The notes under the pieces were generated by a model. The model ran no database searches and had not been told where the DNA came from. It saw only the letters and a list, made by a program, of their open reading frames with translations. This document shows positions 27,308-41,243 of a stretch of 64,000 bases of DNA, piece by piece. The stretch is from Bigelowiella natans CCMP2755 (lineage: Eukaryota; Protista; Cercozoa). The stretch covers positions 1 through 64,000 of the forward strand of contig ADNK01000490.1 in assembly GCA_000320545.1 (NCBI GenBank), given 5' to 3'. How positions within the stretch are numbered: the stretch's first letter is position 1; every line of letters starts with the position of its first letter. The position numbers were made by a program, and so were the translations under genes.

Positions 27308-30300
27308 ATGGATGTTCAGGCGCTCCAGAGGGATGTAATGCGCCGAATGCTCTCACCTCCAGCAGATGCGGGGGCGCTCACATGGAAACTGCTCATCTTC
27401 GACAAAAGGTAGATCTGCCAAAGCTGCCAAGGGCCGAAGGAGAAAAAGAATGATGCCTCGACTCGCATTAACACGGACTGTGCTAAAATTGAGCTTAATA
27501 TAAATTGACGTACATTATATAAAATCATATTCGCCTCCTCTCCAAACCTTTTGCTTGCCCGCTGCAATTCTCATTGGATCCAAATGCAACCAGGTGCATG
27601 GGTATCCTTGGGTCTCTGTTCCACGTTCAGCAGCTGCAAAAACTTGGTATTTCTCCACGACGGCGTACGTTCATCGATTGTGTTAATGACATACAACTTT
27701 TCAAAAGGTGTGACGGTAATGATGAAACTGGAGGACGCTAAGAGAGAGCGTATCGAGGACACGCCGGCGGTGTACTTCATTGCTCCTACAAAGGAGAACA
27801 TAGACAGAGTCGCTAAAGATTGCAAAAGAGGTAACGTAAAATTGATCAGTCTTTCCCCCTGCCAATCAGACAGCAGAAGATGTAAAACACAAGCATCATT
27901 ATTGTTCCTCATCATCAGGGCTGTACGACACAGTGTACTTGAATTTTTGCTACCCTTTATCGCGGATGAACTTGAAGGATCTCGCTCAGCAGACAGTCGA
28001 GAATGGCGCGCACAAACACATAGCTAAAGTGTACGACCAGTATGCGGACTTCATCTCATTGGACCGTAGGCTCGTGACTCTAAATATGCCGAACTCGTTT
28101 TGCCGCCTCACAAGACCCAAGTCCGATCAAGCCCTTATGTCTTATGTTGACCGCATTGTGGATGGCCTCTTCTCGATCTTAGTTACATTACAGCAAGTAA
28201 GTAAACGGCTAATAATGAACGACTATAGCAGTAACAGTATCGATGATAAACCCCTAAGCAACTAGTGAGATATCCTGTATCCATTCTTCCTCCCCCCCTT
28301 TGTACGTTGACCAACAGGTTCCAATAATTCGTGCGTCCCCAGGAAATGCCGCCGCGCTTGCAGCTGAAAGATTACACCTAAAGTTTCGTCAACACCTGAT
28401 GTCGCGAAACAATCTCTTTTCTGGAGGCTTATCCGCATACAAAAGACCTCTCGTTATTTTATTGGGTCGGAAGACTGCTTCACACTGGAAGAAGAAGAAG
28501 AAGAAAAAGAAGAAGAAGAAGCAACAATCACATTCATGCATACTCATACGCTTACACCCACACCCACACCCACGCGATGATGTCGTAATATCTTCAACTC
28601 TCATAATATAGCACGAAAGAAATATTTATGCACGTCCTCCTTCCTGTCATTGTGGCCGTCGCGTCATCATCGTCGTCATCATCGTCGTGTTTTCCACCAC
28701 CACCACCACAGATTGATTGATTGATTGATTGGTTAACCACCGTTGCTGGTAGACCGGAATATGGACCTCAGTGTTCCTCTGCACCATCCCTGGACCTACT
28801 GCTCCTTGGTTAACGACATCTTCAGCATAAAATCAAACAAGGTGGGTAGGTGGGTGGATGGGTGGTGGCGAGTGTTGTAGTAATGGTGGGAACCCTTTTC
28901 GTATCTCTGGTGGTGGTACAGTCGCATCATATGCATATGTTCTTCCTGCTTTCTTGGCGATGTACGCCACACCATTTCCCTATTTACATGTTGCTTCTTA
29001 TATTGCTTCTCCTCCCTCCTCTTGCAGGTCGACATACCCACGGAAGAGAAGGGGGATACCGCTACTTCTGCAAGTACCAAGAGTTACGATCTATCCTCAG
29101 AAGATGCATTCTGGGACGAATACCAAGGGGCAGCCTTCCCAAAAGTAGCATAACAACTTTACATTAGATTTCTGAGAATATTGTTGTTTGAAGTCGTTGG
29201 GATATTGCTGCTGATGCGTGCTTTCCACGTATTAGCCATCTCCCCGTCTCTACTGCATATTACGTTTTCTTCAAAAACATGCAAAACACCCACTCACGCA
29301 CAACACACGTCGATGTCTGCTAACCACCTGACAGGTTGCGGAAGGCGTGCAGAAATATCTAAACGAGTACAATGCGAAAGCAGAGCAGCTAAAGAAGGAT
29401 CAGGTTGGCCTGTCGGACCTGAAAAGCGCTGTCAACTCAATGCCAGAGCTTATGAAGAAGAAGCGCATGGTCGCCACCCTAATACTCCCTACCGATCTAT
29501 CTGCCTACCCACCCACACACACACACCTGCCTACCTGCCTACAATCATCATCATGCCATATACCACCTCCTATCCTCGTATACTACTCACCTGTTTCTTT
29601 GCAACTGATTAGTGTAAGTTTTGGTATGACGAGTATGTATAGCTGATGCTCCTGCCCCTCTTCCCTCTCTTTGTGATTGTTTTGTTGTTATACGCTATCG
29701 TTACTTGGCGCAACGGCGGCGGTGGTGATAGATTGATGCGCACACAAACATTGCCACAGCACTGCTGAAGCAACTGAAGGAGCGCCACTGGGATCGCTAT
29801 TTCGAGTTAGAAGAGGAGCTTATTCAGAACATGCCTCCTAGCTTTGAGGATGTGCTCGAGCAGCTGCAGCCCGACGCTAAAGGGACACCCAGCGATAAGT
29901 TGAGGCTGTATTTAATATACTCCCTTCTCCACAACGTGAGCGATGAGGAGGACAAGAAGGTGAAGGCCCATCTCAAGGGCTACGAGGCCGAAGGCTTGGA
30001 CCTATCGTCTCTTAATTTTCTAAAGAACCACAAAATGGAACAAAAATTCACAGCCGGGCTGCAGGATACTACTAAGAAAGAGTCCAGTCATGCCAGTGGT
30101 GGCTCATCGCTGTTCACCTTCATTAGCGACAGCGTGGGAGCAAGGGGCAAGAAGCTACTGCAAGGTGTGCGCAACCTCATCCCCGCCGATAAGTCGTTGC
30201 CGACCACCAAGCTGGTGGAAGCTCTGATGGAGAATAAGGGTGCACGCAAATCCACGGCACGCTTCCTCTACTTCGACCCCAAACTTCAAGGCGATGGACC

Positions 30301-30544
30301 CGTCTCAGGGGCAAGGAGAATAACAACGCCTTTCACGGAGGGCTTTGTGTTTGTAATGGGGGGCGGAAATTATGTTGAGCACCAAAACTTGCAGGATTAT
30401 GCTAAACGAGCCTCAAACCCGCAAGTTCCTGTGTCAATCGCATATGGGTCAACGGAAATCTTATCAGGCACGCAATTTCTTCAACAATTATCAACTTTGG
30501 GAAAGCCTCCTTCTGGGGGAGATGTTGATGACGCATTGGATTAA
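27308..30544 (+). CDS. SLY1: Sec1/Munc18 family protein SLY1/SCFD1 (ER-Golgi)
   Basis: MDVQALQRDVMRRML...WKLLIFDK, RERIEDTPAVYFIAPTKENIDR, VYDQYADFISLD, VPIIRASPGNAA, DRNMDLSVPLHHPWTY, IDAHTNIATALL, FVMGGGNYVEHQNL, YGSTEILSGTQFLQQL. Confidence 0.93.
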
Positions 30545-31077
30545 TAAGATGGAAATGTAATACATATTTGTAGAAATCACGAGCGATCAGCAGATAGTTT
30601 ATCTCCTATCTCTAGATCTTGTGGCAATTTGCTTAGTCGTGCACAGGATCATTGTTGCAAGATTGTCGCTACAACACTGCAATTTAATCATTTTCAAACA
30701 GTGGGGTATGAGTCACGTTGTTTGACTTTTTAATGCCTAGATGTGTCTGTGTCTCGCCAGACATGACCGCAGTATAGCGGTACGCATACACCGTTGTGAC
30801 ATTCGATGTTGCATCGCAGCGATCGTACGATGCGATATGTGGTGTGCATGCAGCATCGAATATGCGAGCTGCGTTGTATAACACGGTTAAAAATTATGAA
30901 GCACGCTTGATTAATGTCCGCGCACTGAAATGTAAGCATTGCGTCTTGATGCAATAGCTCATCATCATAGCTATACAAGCGCTAGCTAATAACCCAACTA
31001 TTGCATCTTTAATCGTGTAGCTTAGAAATACATCACTATATGCACATTCGATATGATTCTCGACTATAACAAGTGGC

Positions 31078-32029
31078 CTAATCCTTACTTTCTGCTCCTA
31101 ATTTCAGTCCCAGAAACTTTCCGTTCTCATTTTTCCATGAACTTCGTGGTGGTACCGCTTCAACCGTGTCCCAATGCTCCACGATGCTGCCATTGTCAAC
31201 TCTGTAAAGATCAAAGAAAGAAGTATGAACTCCGTCTCTTATTCCTTCACAGACTTTTAGAACAAAGTTTCCTTCAGCAAGTACACGATGAAGATGGTCA
31301 TATTGAACAGCTTGCCGTTTGCCCAGCGGGGCCTCGTGGAATCTAGACCGAAATGCAGCGATTCCGTCAATCATCTCAGGGCTGTGTTGCAACAAACCTC
31401 TTTTCTCTGATAGGTATAAGTGTAGGTTCTCTTGACTGCGACCAATGAGAACTTCCATCACGAAAGAGCGTACGAGTTTTTTGTTCGTCTCGGTTAAGTC
31501 GATGTCTTTGGACTCTGTTGGCCCGTCGACCATCGACCGGCCAGAGGCATTTGGTCCTTGTCGTGGTTGGATATTATCCCAGTGCTCTACAGCTACATTT
31601 CCTTCGAAGCGGAAAATTTCAAAGCCAATATTTCGGGTGGAAAAGTCGTACTCCGTGTGAGCGAAGACAAAGTCGCCGTCCTCGTATGCTCGCACAATGT
31701 TGACCCTGGGATTTGTCTTGGACAACCGCTTGAAGAGCTGCCAAACCCTCCCCACCCTCTCGAGTTTGAGGATTATGCTGAATGTACTTTTCTTCACTGA
31801 CCACGGAAGCAGCTTCTGAGTCACCCGTTTCAATGCCATTGAGCAGCTTCCGAATAAGGTCTTTGCGAGCGATTTGTGGGCTACTTTCACGCTCTTTCTT
31901 TGCAGCATCGGCTTGCAGACACCTTACTACTCGCCTCCCCATGAAAAATCTACGAATCACACCCTGAATGGATCGAGCAACGACGAGCATTGCGGTCACT
32001 GGCGCGGCCATAGAGAGGAGGCTGCTCAT
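31078..32029 (-). pseudogene. Tandem SnoaL/NTF2-like protein of bacterial type; conserved region intronless, with a 2-nt frameshift near 31734
   Basis: Frame A: RKDLIRKLLNGIETGD...EKYIQHNPQTREGGEGLAAL. Frame B: FKRLSKTNPRVNIVRAYEDGDFVFAHTEY...VEHWDNIQ...LAEGNFVL...FFDLYRVDNGSIVEHWDTVEAVPPRSSWKNENGKF. No intron fits at the junction. The start may extend to 32397. The family call is firm; pseudogene status is not. Confidence 0.7.
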
Positions 32030-32922
32030 GCTCGCACATAAGAAGAAGAAGAAGAAGAAACTGGAGATTCTCCGGTGAATATCCTCGGATCCGTGTTGCT
32101 ACGTACTACTTGGCGACAACGACTTGTGGGTATTTTTATAAGAAATGGCCTGCGTTTCCTCTCGACTTGGCCGTCCTTCGAATACCTGCAGCTAAATTTT
32201 AGAACTACCAAGTCCAAGCACCGCACTACTCGCCCCCCAAGAAGGGACAGCGCCACTAGCCTTGCTGGGGTTGCGGCCTGTGGAGGTGTTCCTCCTCCTT
32301 CCTTAGCGTCCGTATCGCCCTTCCTTTCCTGTTTCTGCTCGTGCCCTTGCACGGCCTGCGAGCCAAAGTCCTGCTGTTCTTCTAGCTGCTGTGACATTGT
32401 TAGTCAAATCGTTTCCCGTGTGTGGAAGCCAAAGGTTGTTGCGCGTAAGGTGTTCACAGGCCGAGGCGCTACGTGCACAAGTAGGCAGGGGGGGGGAAAG
32501 GCACGTTTGCTTCCTTTTGAAGAGTTGTGTTTATTTTTATTAAAGATTATATTTTTATTAAATCGTGCACTGCGTAATCATTCGCGAAGCTTTCGCGAAT
32601 GCCGCCGCACGTGGGGCAGCACACTTCCGGTGTGCTGCCATGAGTCCCGCCGGAACCCACGTGCCTATGCTGTATTAATATCTACGTTATCTATATTCTA
32701 TATCCGCGACAACCCCTTTGTTGTCGCACGTGACTTGTGCCCGCGTAGTGGTACGCGCTACATATATGAGTCGTGGTTGTCAGGTGGGGAACAGCAGGCA
32801 ACAAGTTTTCATTCAAGAAAATTCGCTTATAGAAGGATACCATCGAGTTACGGTGCGTCGATTATGGGCTATATTAATATCTTCACATCATACCCATACA
32901 TTTGCTCATTAACTAACTACTA

Positions 32923-33504
32923 GGTCCCTGTTGAAAACGACGTATGGAACGGAGATCAATCGGGTAGTATTATTCGTAATAATGGAAGAAATATTGCTTC
33001 ATCTTAGCGATCCATCAACTGTACTGTGATGTTAATCTCCGTACAGAATCTCTATATTCGCATCCAAGGGTAGAGGGCCTTGTGAAGAGGTTGTAACGAA
33101 TTGATGGTCAGGACCATTTGCCTTCAAGTGATGACTTCTTGCTAACATCAGGGAACTCACAAACTGTGATGCAAGTTGCGATAAATGGTGGATTGGAGAT
33201 GGAACATGTAATAATATCACCACTTGGCTTGTATGTGTAAGAAAATTACATTGTTGTAAGTCATCTGCTTCACATATTTCATTTTTTGAAACAAAAAGAA
33301 GTTCAGATCTTGTAAGAACAAATGGCCACAGAAACCTAAACAAAAATTACAGGTGACAAAAAGTGCCTCAATGAAGAATGTGCCTGGGACAACGGCGACT
33401 GTAATTTGTCAGAGATCCCGAAGATCGCTTATCTTCACATTCGAAAGGTCGATCTGTTTGAAGTATGTTCGGAAGATTTGTTCCAGGCAAATCAACTGTC
33501 ACTC

Positions 33505-33551
<47 letters not shown>

Positions 33552-34150
33552 TCATTCCTTTTACAGACCGGTGGAACATCTCTCCACAAGTATTTGTCGC
33601 TCTTGTACGCCTCATACGGCGGGCAAGTCTGCAGAGTATTCTCGTGGGAATGTGACGGTTGCTCGTGCGGTTATTGGGACCCAAACGCCAAGAGAAATGG
33701 ATTCGGCACTGGAATGCACTCTTGCAATATCTTCTCTCGCCCACAAACAGACAGTGAAGCAAAGTGCGATGATTGCGTCGAAGATATATTAAGGACCGGG
33801 GTACTACAAAACTTTCCCCACTTGTTGCGAGAGAAAGGACTAGGAGTTACAAATGTGCACGAAGATGAACGGCTAGCATACCCCTGTTGTTGTTGATGAT
33901 GATGATGATGATGGTGATGGTGATGATGATGATAATAGACAATCAACAATACTCTTGTTGATAATTTCAGTGCCACTACGTCGAGCTTCATCATTGGGAT
34001 ATGACGTTGGCAAGGCAACTAAAGCAGAGAGGTTACAAGATCGTCACCATGCTCCGTCACCCTGTGCATAGTTTGGAAAGCTCCTACAACTACGAGGTAT
34101 GTATGTATGTAAGTATGTATGTATATATGATGACGATGATGATGATACAT

Positions 34151-34184
<34 letters not shown>

Positions 34185-34567
34185 AGGCATTCACTCGAAG
34201 TGGGCAGATGGGTCGCATTCCAGGCTATGAAGCAGATCAGAAAGGATTTGAGAATTGGATGAAGGACCGACAGATGGTGGAGGGCTTTGACGCTCTTCGT
34301 ATGCTCGCTGGATGCTGGTATGAGCATGACGGAAACTCCACCGTCTCTAAAGGTAAGTGGCATAATACAAGCACCTGTCTTGATAAAACCTAAGAAAAAG
34401 GGAGATTATTCTCGGGTAAGAAGGGTGAGTAGTGACTGAATTACTTGCTGTGGTGGTTTGGCGTCTTCTTCTTCTTCTTCTTTCTTATTAGATTGCTTAG
34501 TGAATCCTACGTATTACAAGAGGGATCAACTTGAGAGGGCAAACTCGGTGCCAACGAAGGTAACAAT

Positions 34568-34605
<38 letters not shown>

Positions 34606-35404
34606 CAAAAACGAGCGTCAATGAGGGGTGTGATCCATGCTTCCACATACTTTTCTGGTTTATTTCAAGTAGCGTCTTTGTGCCTCAATCATTTATTCAT
34701 TCTTGCAGTTAAGTCGAGAGGATATGTATCTTAAAGCCAAAGTCGCTCTCGAGGAGATGGACTTTGTGGGGTTGACGGAGGACTTCCAGAGGAGCGTTGA
34801 GCTGTTACATCGCACTTTTTTCAGTTCGCGCGGGGAGTGTGCAGTGTGCAAGCAGATTCGTGAGGTAGCTGTAAGACTAATTTCCTCACTAAGACAACCC
34901 TCAGTTTCACCACCACCACCAGCCTCATCTCCAGCATCCTTTCTATCAACATACTGATCCTAATCTTCGTCATCATGGTTTCTTCCAGGGTACTAAGATG
35001 GAGAATGTTCAAAGCGTCGGTCATCAGTTTGCATTCAAGTCCGTCTCCGCTCTTCAGGACGATTTGGAGGTAGGCTCTTTTCAGTCTCATCATCATCATT
35101 CACCAGTATTTTCTCTGGGTAGCGCAATAATACCACGAATACAACACAAACATCATGTCAACACTTTCAGGATAGCATGAAGCACGATATCTCTCTTTAT
35201 GAAGAAGCTCAAGCTATTTTCGCAAACGCTCTCGAGGCTTATGGCATTACGAATGAAACCACAATTTCGTCCAAAGTCGCAGTAGCGGAAATGCTATCGG
35301 ATGAAGCAACGCAAGACGAAGACGAAAATAGGCTTTCGGCTGACCATTCGAACGAGGAAACACTGGATATGCCTGAAGGCTGGGCGTGGGACCAAGAACG
35401 ATAA
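32923..35404 (+). CDS. PAPS-dependent sulfotransferase (Sulfotransfer_2 / Golgi carbohydrate type); 5' end uncertain
   Basis: 5'-PSB YLHIRK|TGGTSL, 3'-PB IVTMLRHPVHSLESSYNY, MDFVGLTEDFQRSVELL, DISLYEEAQAIF. Confidence 0.82.
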
Positions 35405-36300
35405 GCTCATCCTTGAACAAAATAAATATGAGTTTCACGGGGAAACATGGCATGCTACCAATTGCTCATGATCGTTTTGCTCAGCTACAGTAACAATGCG
35501 TTCTGATCATGCGTATGTGTGCATCGCAGCATGTCGTTGTATGCCATGTCATTAGCTTTGCCAATTTCAATCATTCAGGTAACGACAGCCACGTATTGTT
35601 GTTTCTAATAAAGGCATTGAAATCCTCATCGTTGACTAGCCAAATAGCACGCCTCTTAAAGCGCAGTATGTCTTTCTAGTAGGTTCGTACAAGTGCGATG
35701 TAGCATCATGGTGACACTTAGCAAAGGCTCAAGAACTTCTGTTGTACATAGATAATGATGTGCACTCACAAAATTCAAATACGCACGGTGTGTAGACAGC
35801 ACACATTGTGGACGTGTAGCACACGTACAGGCAGCGACAGACATTATGAGCTACACACCATGCATGTCTTCATCGGTTCATCATCAATCAGCTCGATCAG
35901 CAGTGGACGCACATTCAACAGCACAGTATCGTAATTGCACATACTAGTAGACGACACAATGTATGATGCCTATTAGTCTTTGCATGGGTCATCCGAAGCA
36001 ATGACATTTGAGCGGCAGCATTATCATCACTTGCCCCCTGTCCAACTATCCACGAATAAATTCACATACTATTGAAAAACTATAAAAATTAAATCATATA
36101 TATTGTAACGACTCGGAACGTAAAGCTGTTGGAGACTTCTGGAGGGTTACAGTCACAACCAATGGTTACAAGTAGCAGATCTACTGCGGCCTTGTCTTTG
36201 TGGCCATCATCACTGATTATCGTCACAATACCACCACATCAAGGCCCAGAGGATGTGGACTTCTCAACAACCCGTGCTTAAAGTTAACACGTGAATTGCA

Positions 36301-37408
36301 TCAAGAGACCACACAGCAACCCCCTGGCCTACGGATCTGCTCGTCATCATCGAGGGCATCCATGACCTGGAGGAAAACGGGGAATGATGGAGCGATACGG
36401 CTAAGCAAATCTATCACTTTTGCGTCAATAATAATCATTAGACAACCTCATCGAAGAACCCTTCCTCGTTGGCAAATATGAAAGTGTCGTAGAATTCCTT
36501 TTCTTTCTTGTCGTCCTGAAAATAACACATTTGAACTTGTGATTTTGGCGCTGAATCGTCATCCTCCTTATTCGTGTGGTCATGCCCCATGTCTATCAAC
36601 ATTCGTTCATGTGGGAAGATATCCGGACAAATGATAGGTAAACAAGTCCACCCTGCTGCTGGGTATGAGCGTTGAATTCATGCAGGATGATAAGTGGGTT
36701 AATAAATAGTCCCAAGCTTGGACGACGACGAAACAGGTGATGGGTTGATGATAGCGACGATGATGATCATGATCACTAGCAGCAGCAGCAGCAGCAGCAC
36801 CAAGAATACATCAACAACACATGGTCTATGCATGATGAAACTACCCTCAAGGATTTGAAGTCTTTTTGAAAGCGACTTCCTTTGCCACTAGATAAACATC
36901 GATTAATAACAACAACAACAAGAAGAAGAAGAAGAAGAAGAAGAAGAAGGAAGAGACATAAGTAGTAAGAGCAAACATACGGATGAGGAAGACTATTGAT
37001 ATTGAGAACGGTGTTATATCACATCTGAAAGATTAATTTGAACGGTAGACAGAACTCTACAACCCTCTTAGCTTATCTGTATTCTTAAGCGTTGTTGTTG
37101 TTGTCGTCGTTGTGATTCTTCTAGCTCGCTCATCACCTCTTTAAAAAGTCCTTCGCAGGTGGGATGAACGGTGGCTTCACTCTTTGAGCACTCAGATCTT
37201 CCCAATTGATACTCCTATATTAAGAAATAATAATGATAATCATAATAAGAATAATAGTGCGCAGGTGAAATAATATCAGCTCTGCTAATTTCAATGGTGA
37301 CGATAATACTCCATAAGATTCTAAAACAAAACAGATACGAGCAAGAAGCGTTATATACATCATAACAGCAGCAGCAGTAGTAGAAGTAGTTGTGAGCTAC
37401 TGGCGGTT

Positions 37409-37451
<43 letters not shown>

Positions 37452-38477
37452 TTCTATCTATCTATCGATCTACTGCTAGTTTGTAGTATGAACGAACTTC
37501 ATACTTGAAAAAAGGATGGGTCCGTATTTCTTCCGTCCTAGTCTTAGCTCCAAGGCGAGCTTTCGGATCTGCCACGAAGATCTAGCAGCATTCGACAACA
37601 ACAAAACCAACAAGAAGAAGAAGAAGAAGAAAATCAACGAGACAGCTAACTAGAAGAAGGAGGCGGAGGAGCTGTAACGTATATGCGATGACGTCTGATA
37701 CACAAAAGAAGCTAGATGACGAAGTGCCCTTCTTGGGAATGGTAATATTCCGATAAATTTCGTTCTCCAACAAAGATCAATCACCATTGCCGTGATACCA
37801 TCAATCTTGCAAAAGGAAAGAGGAGGAGGAGGAGGAGGAGGAGGAAGAAACTGCTGCATGATTGTTCTTGATGCTCCGTCGAAAGCGAGGCAGAGGACAG
37901 ACAGAAGAGATAGACAGCGTGTTGGTAGCAGGAGGGAGGAGTAGTGGGTGGTAGTTAAGTACTATTCTCTAGCTACGGAAGCTCATACCTTCTCGAGTAG
38001 ATCCTTCGTCTCCGGTGTGAAGGATGGGGGATATGAAACAGTTACCTGGTGATGATGATGATGATGACCGGCCATCATTCTCTATCCATATTCTTCGGGT
38101 AGTTTCTTACTACTACTACTGCTGCTGCTACTTACATCTACATGTTCCATTTTCTTATCCTTTCTTGCGGGGAGTTGCTCGTTCCTGTTTGATAGAAAAT
38201 AATGATAGGACACATGCAGGGCCGTGGTGTATTCAATGAATGTCCATGTGTAAAGAACGCTTGATCAATACCATAGCAATCAGGAGGGTTGTTGTTTTAT
38301 TAGAGGGAGGAGGGGGTGGCGACTATTTTATTATCATTAGAATTACGGTGAGCCACAGAACGGCGACCATCCTCGGAAAGTGGACTTCTCGCCATTCTCT
38401 TTCTTCGGTCGCTTCTCTTCCAATGGGTCCTTGATCCTCTGCAGCAGCAGCAGCAGCAAATATTGAATTGTGCACTA

Positions 38478-38508
<31 letters not shown>

Positions 38509-39074
38509 TTCCACCTACGACTACTCCGTCGTCACTGCGGTTGGTTGTTTGTTTGTGTGTGTGTTGTGTGTGTGTGTTGTGTGCAACAGGACACCAGAGT
38601 ACCTACTACTACTACTAACTAGGTCAGTATCATCTGGCATCACGTAGCTAGCGGTAACAAACAGGCGATGCCGCTGGTGCTGGTGGTGCTGGTGGTGGTG
38701 CTGGTGGTGGTGCTGGTGGTGGTGGTGGACAAAAATGATAACTAACACTACCTTGCCCGTGAGCATTGCGTAGATCAGTACTCCCCAGCTCCAGTAGTCG
38801 GAGACGGGGTAGGTTCCCGTTCGTCCACAAATCTACGTCGTACGTTGCAGCATCATGCAGGAGGAGGAGGGGGAGGAGACCAAATGAATGAGTGAGATCA
38901 CGGAGTATCTATCGATCAGCGGTAGCATGAGGGAGGTAGATGGATGGATGGGTATGATAGATGGATGAGGGGAAAGGGAAGGCGCTTTATCCAATTCATT
39001 CAATATTTAATACCTCTGGGGGCCAGTAGCCAGGAGTTCCAGCAACGTGCTTCAGAACCTAATATCATCCACGC

Positions 39075-39108
<34 letters not shown>

Positions 39109-39572
39109 GCAACAACAACAATAACAACAAACCAACCACAGGAACAGTGTGTTGGCATCGTTTGGAGTAGGTATACACCACCATATATAATCATTGTCAT
39201 CATCACCATCATCATTATCATCATAATGTTATGAATTGCCTTTGGAGGCTTTGGCAGCTTGACAACTAATCCGAGGTCTGATATCTATACGTCAAAAGAA
39301 GAGGAAGATGAAGAAGTAATATCATCATTGATGCCACAAACATTATCTTCACAACCCTGCTGCCATCTACTCACTACTTGGACTACTTTTACTTCTCCTT
39401 CTCCTCCTCCTCTTCCTCCTCCTCCTCCTCTCTGGCAATCAATAACACCTTGCAATGGCCAGTGTGTGTGAGCAGGATGTTGGAGGGTTTAAGGTCTCTG
39501 TACGCGTACTCTAGGGAGTGGATATGATCGACCCCAAGCAGAATCTCGGCAGCATAGAAGACGCTACCGTGT

Positions 39573-39612
<40 letters not shown>

Positions 39613-41209
39613 CAGTAGCAGCAGTAAGAGTAGCCAGAGCAGTTGGAGTAGTGGTGAGTGTACAGACTGTGACGGTGTGTGGAACGATTGATGATGGTAG
39701 TTGGTGGGAAAAGACCCGAGTTACAAAAACGGACATGTCAATAATCAACCACCGCTACTAATGATGATGATGATTCTTCTTCTTCTTCATCAACATCACC
39801 ATCATCATTCTCTCTGCAAGTATTACGAAACTTCATCGTCATCCCCATTATTAACTACCACCAGGACCGACCTTCTATCTAGATCAAAAGGGGAGACTTC
39901 CAAATATTGCCTTAAATCTCCACCTGAAGACGTTGTTGTTGTTATTGTTATTGTTGTTGTTGTTTGGCTGTTGTTATTGCTATTGATGATATTCAAGCTG
40001 GTGGAAGATAAACGACAGCATTGTCACGGTTGCGTGGCAGAGGATGGAGACGAGAGGATCAAGAGGAAAAGAAATTAGAATCTTATGACGTCTCTGCCCT
40101 ATATATTTCATATGATATGGCTCTAACCCATGCACATTTCAAACACAAGATGTACTGCTCGATCGCTGTGAAAAGAGTATCTGAGGGGCGGGGGAGGGAG
40201 AGAATGTGTGTGTGAGCCGAAAGCGTCGATGATGATGATGATGATGATGATAATAATGATGAGTGCTCACTTACTTGAGGCTAAGAACAAAAGGCGAATT
40301 CGTGCGAGACAGAAGCTGCATCTCGTTCAAACACATCCATCCTGCAAAGAGGAAAATCAAATCATCGACGAGATATTGGGGTTACGATGATACTGCCAGA
40401 TATAGGATGATCAATGCAGCAGCATCAGCAGCAGCAGCAGCAGCAGAATACCACTCATAATAACATACCTGTTTTTTGCTTTCGTAGAACATCTTTGGGG
40501 ATTTCCTTCATAGCATAAATTGCTTGTGTGTCCTTCTTCACTACCTATTGAACGAGTTAATGAATCAACGTCATAATAAAAGCGACCAATAACAAACCAA
40601 CGTTCTGTATTTAATGAAACTTGAAGACGATTAGAACATCATCAAATTTAACACAATTTTTTAATAATAGCACTTGAAAACACAGGTGATATTTGTCCTA
40701 CAACATAGCCAGAAGAACAAAGCTGTCATGTTTTTGCTCCCCCCTTTCGCATCATTTGAATCTCTAATTTGCTACTGGTGCATATAAGTTATTGCTACTG
40801 TGCGTACCGCTGTAACCCTTCCAAAAGCGCCCCGCCCCAAACGCGCCACAGGCTTCAAATCCCTTCTCTGCATCTTCGACTGATACGTTTCACAAAATAA
40901 TAATTCCAAACGCATACCACCATTGCACAGCTACTGAGAAGGAGGGCTCGGCTTTATGTATAAGATAGAACGCAATCTTACTACCTTCCTCTTCGAATAG
41001 TCCAAGATTTGCACGAATCGCAGGAACTGCCTGCTCCTCAGGAATGGTTTGTAGAAAGACTCTAGAACTTCCTTCACCCTTGAGTAACACTACCGAACAG
41101 CACGAGAAAGGAAGTGTCAGAAAATAATCGATGGGAGGTAGAAATCAAGGAGATCTAAACCAAGCATAGTGCACAATTTTCTTTTCTCGTCCATCTCTTC
41201 GCTGCACCC

Positions 41210-41243
<34 letters not shown>

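Noticed and set aside
31078-31908. Bacterial contamination
   Set aside because: The gene is embedded between intron-rich genes, with host-type spacer and microsatellite flanks and no bacterial neighbours (long reads would confirm).
32075-32923. 282-aa plus-strand ORF
   Set aside because: GTG start, no recognisable domain, largely antisense to the SnoaL leader; at most its 3' part belongs to the sulfotransferase 5' end.
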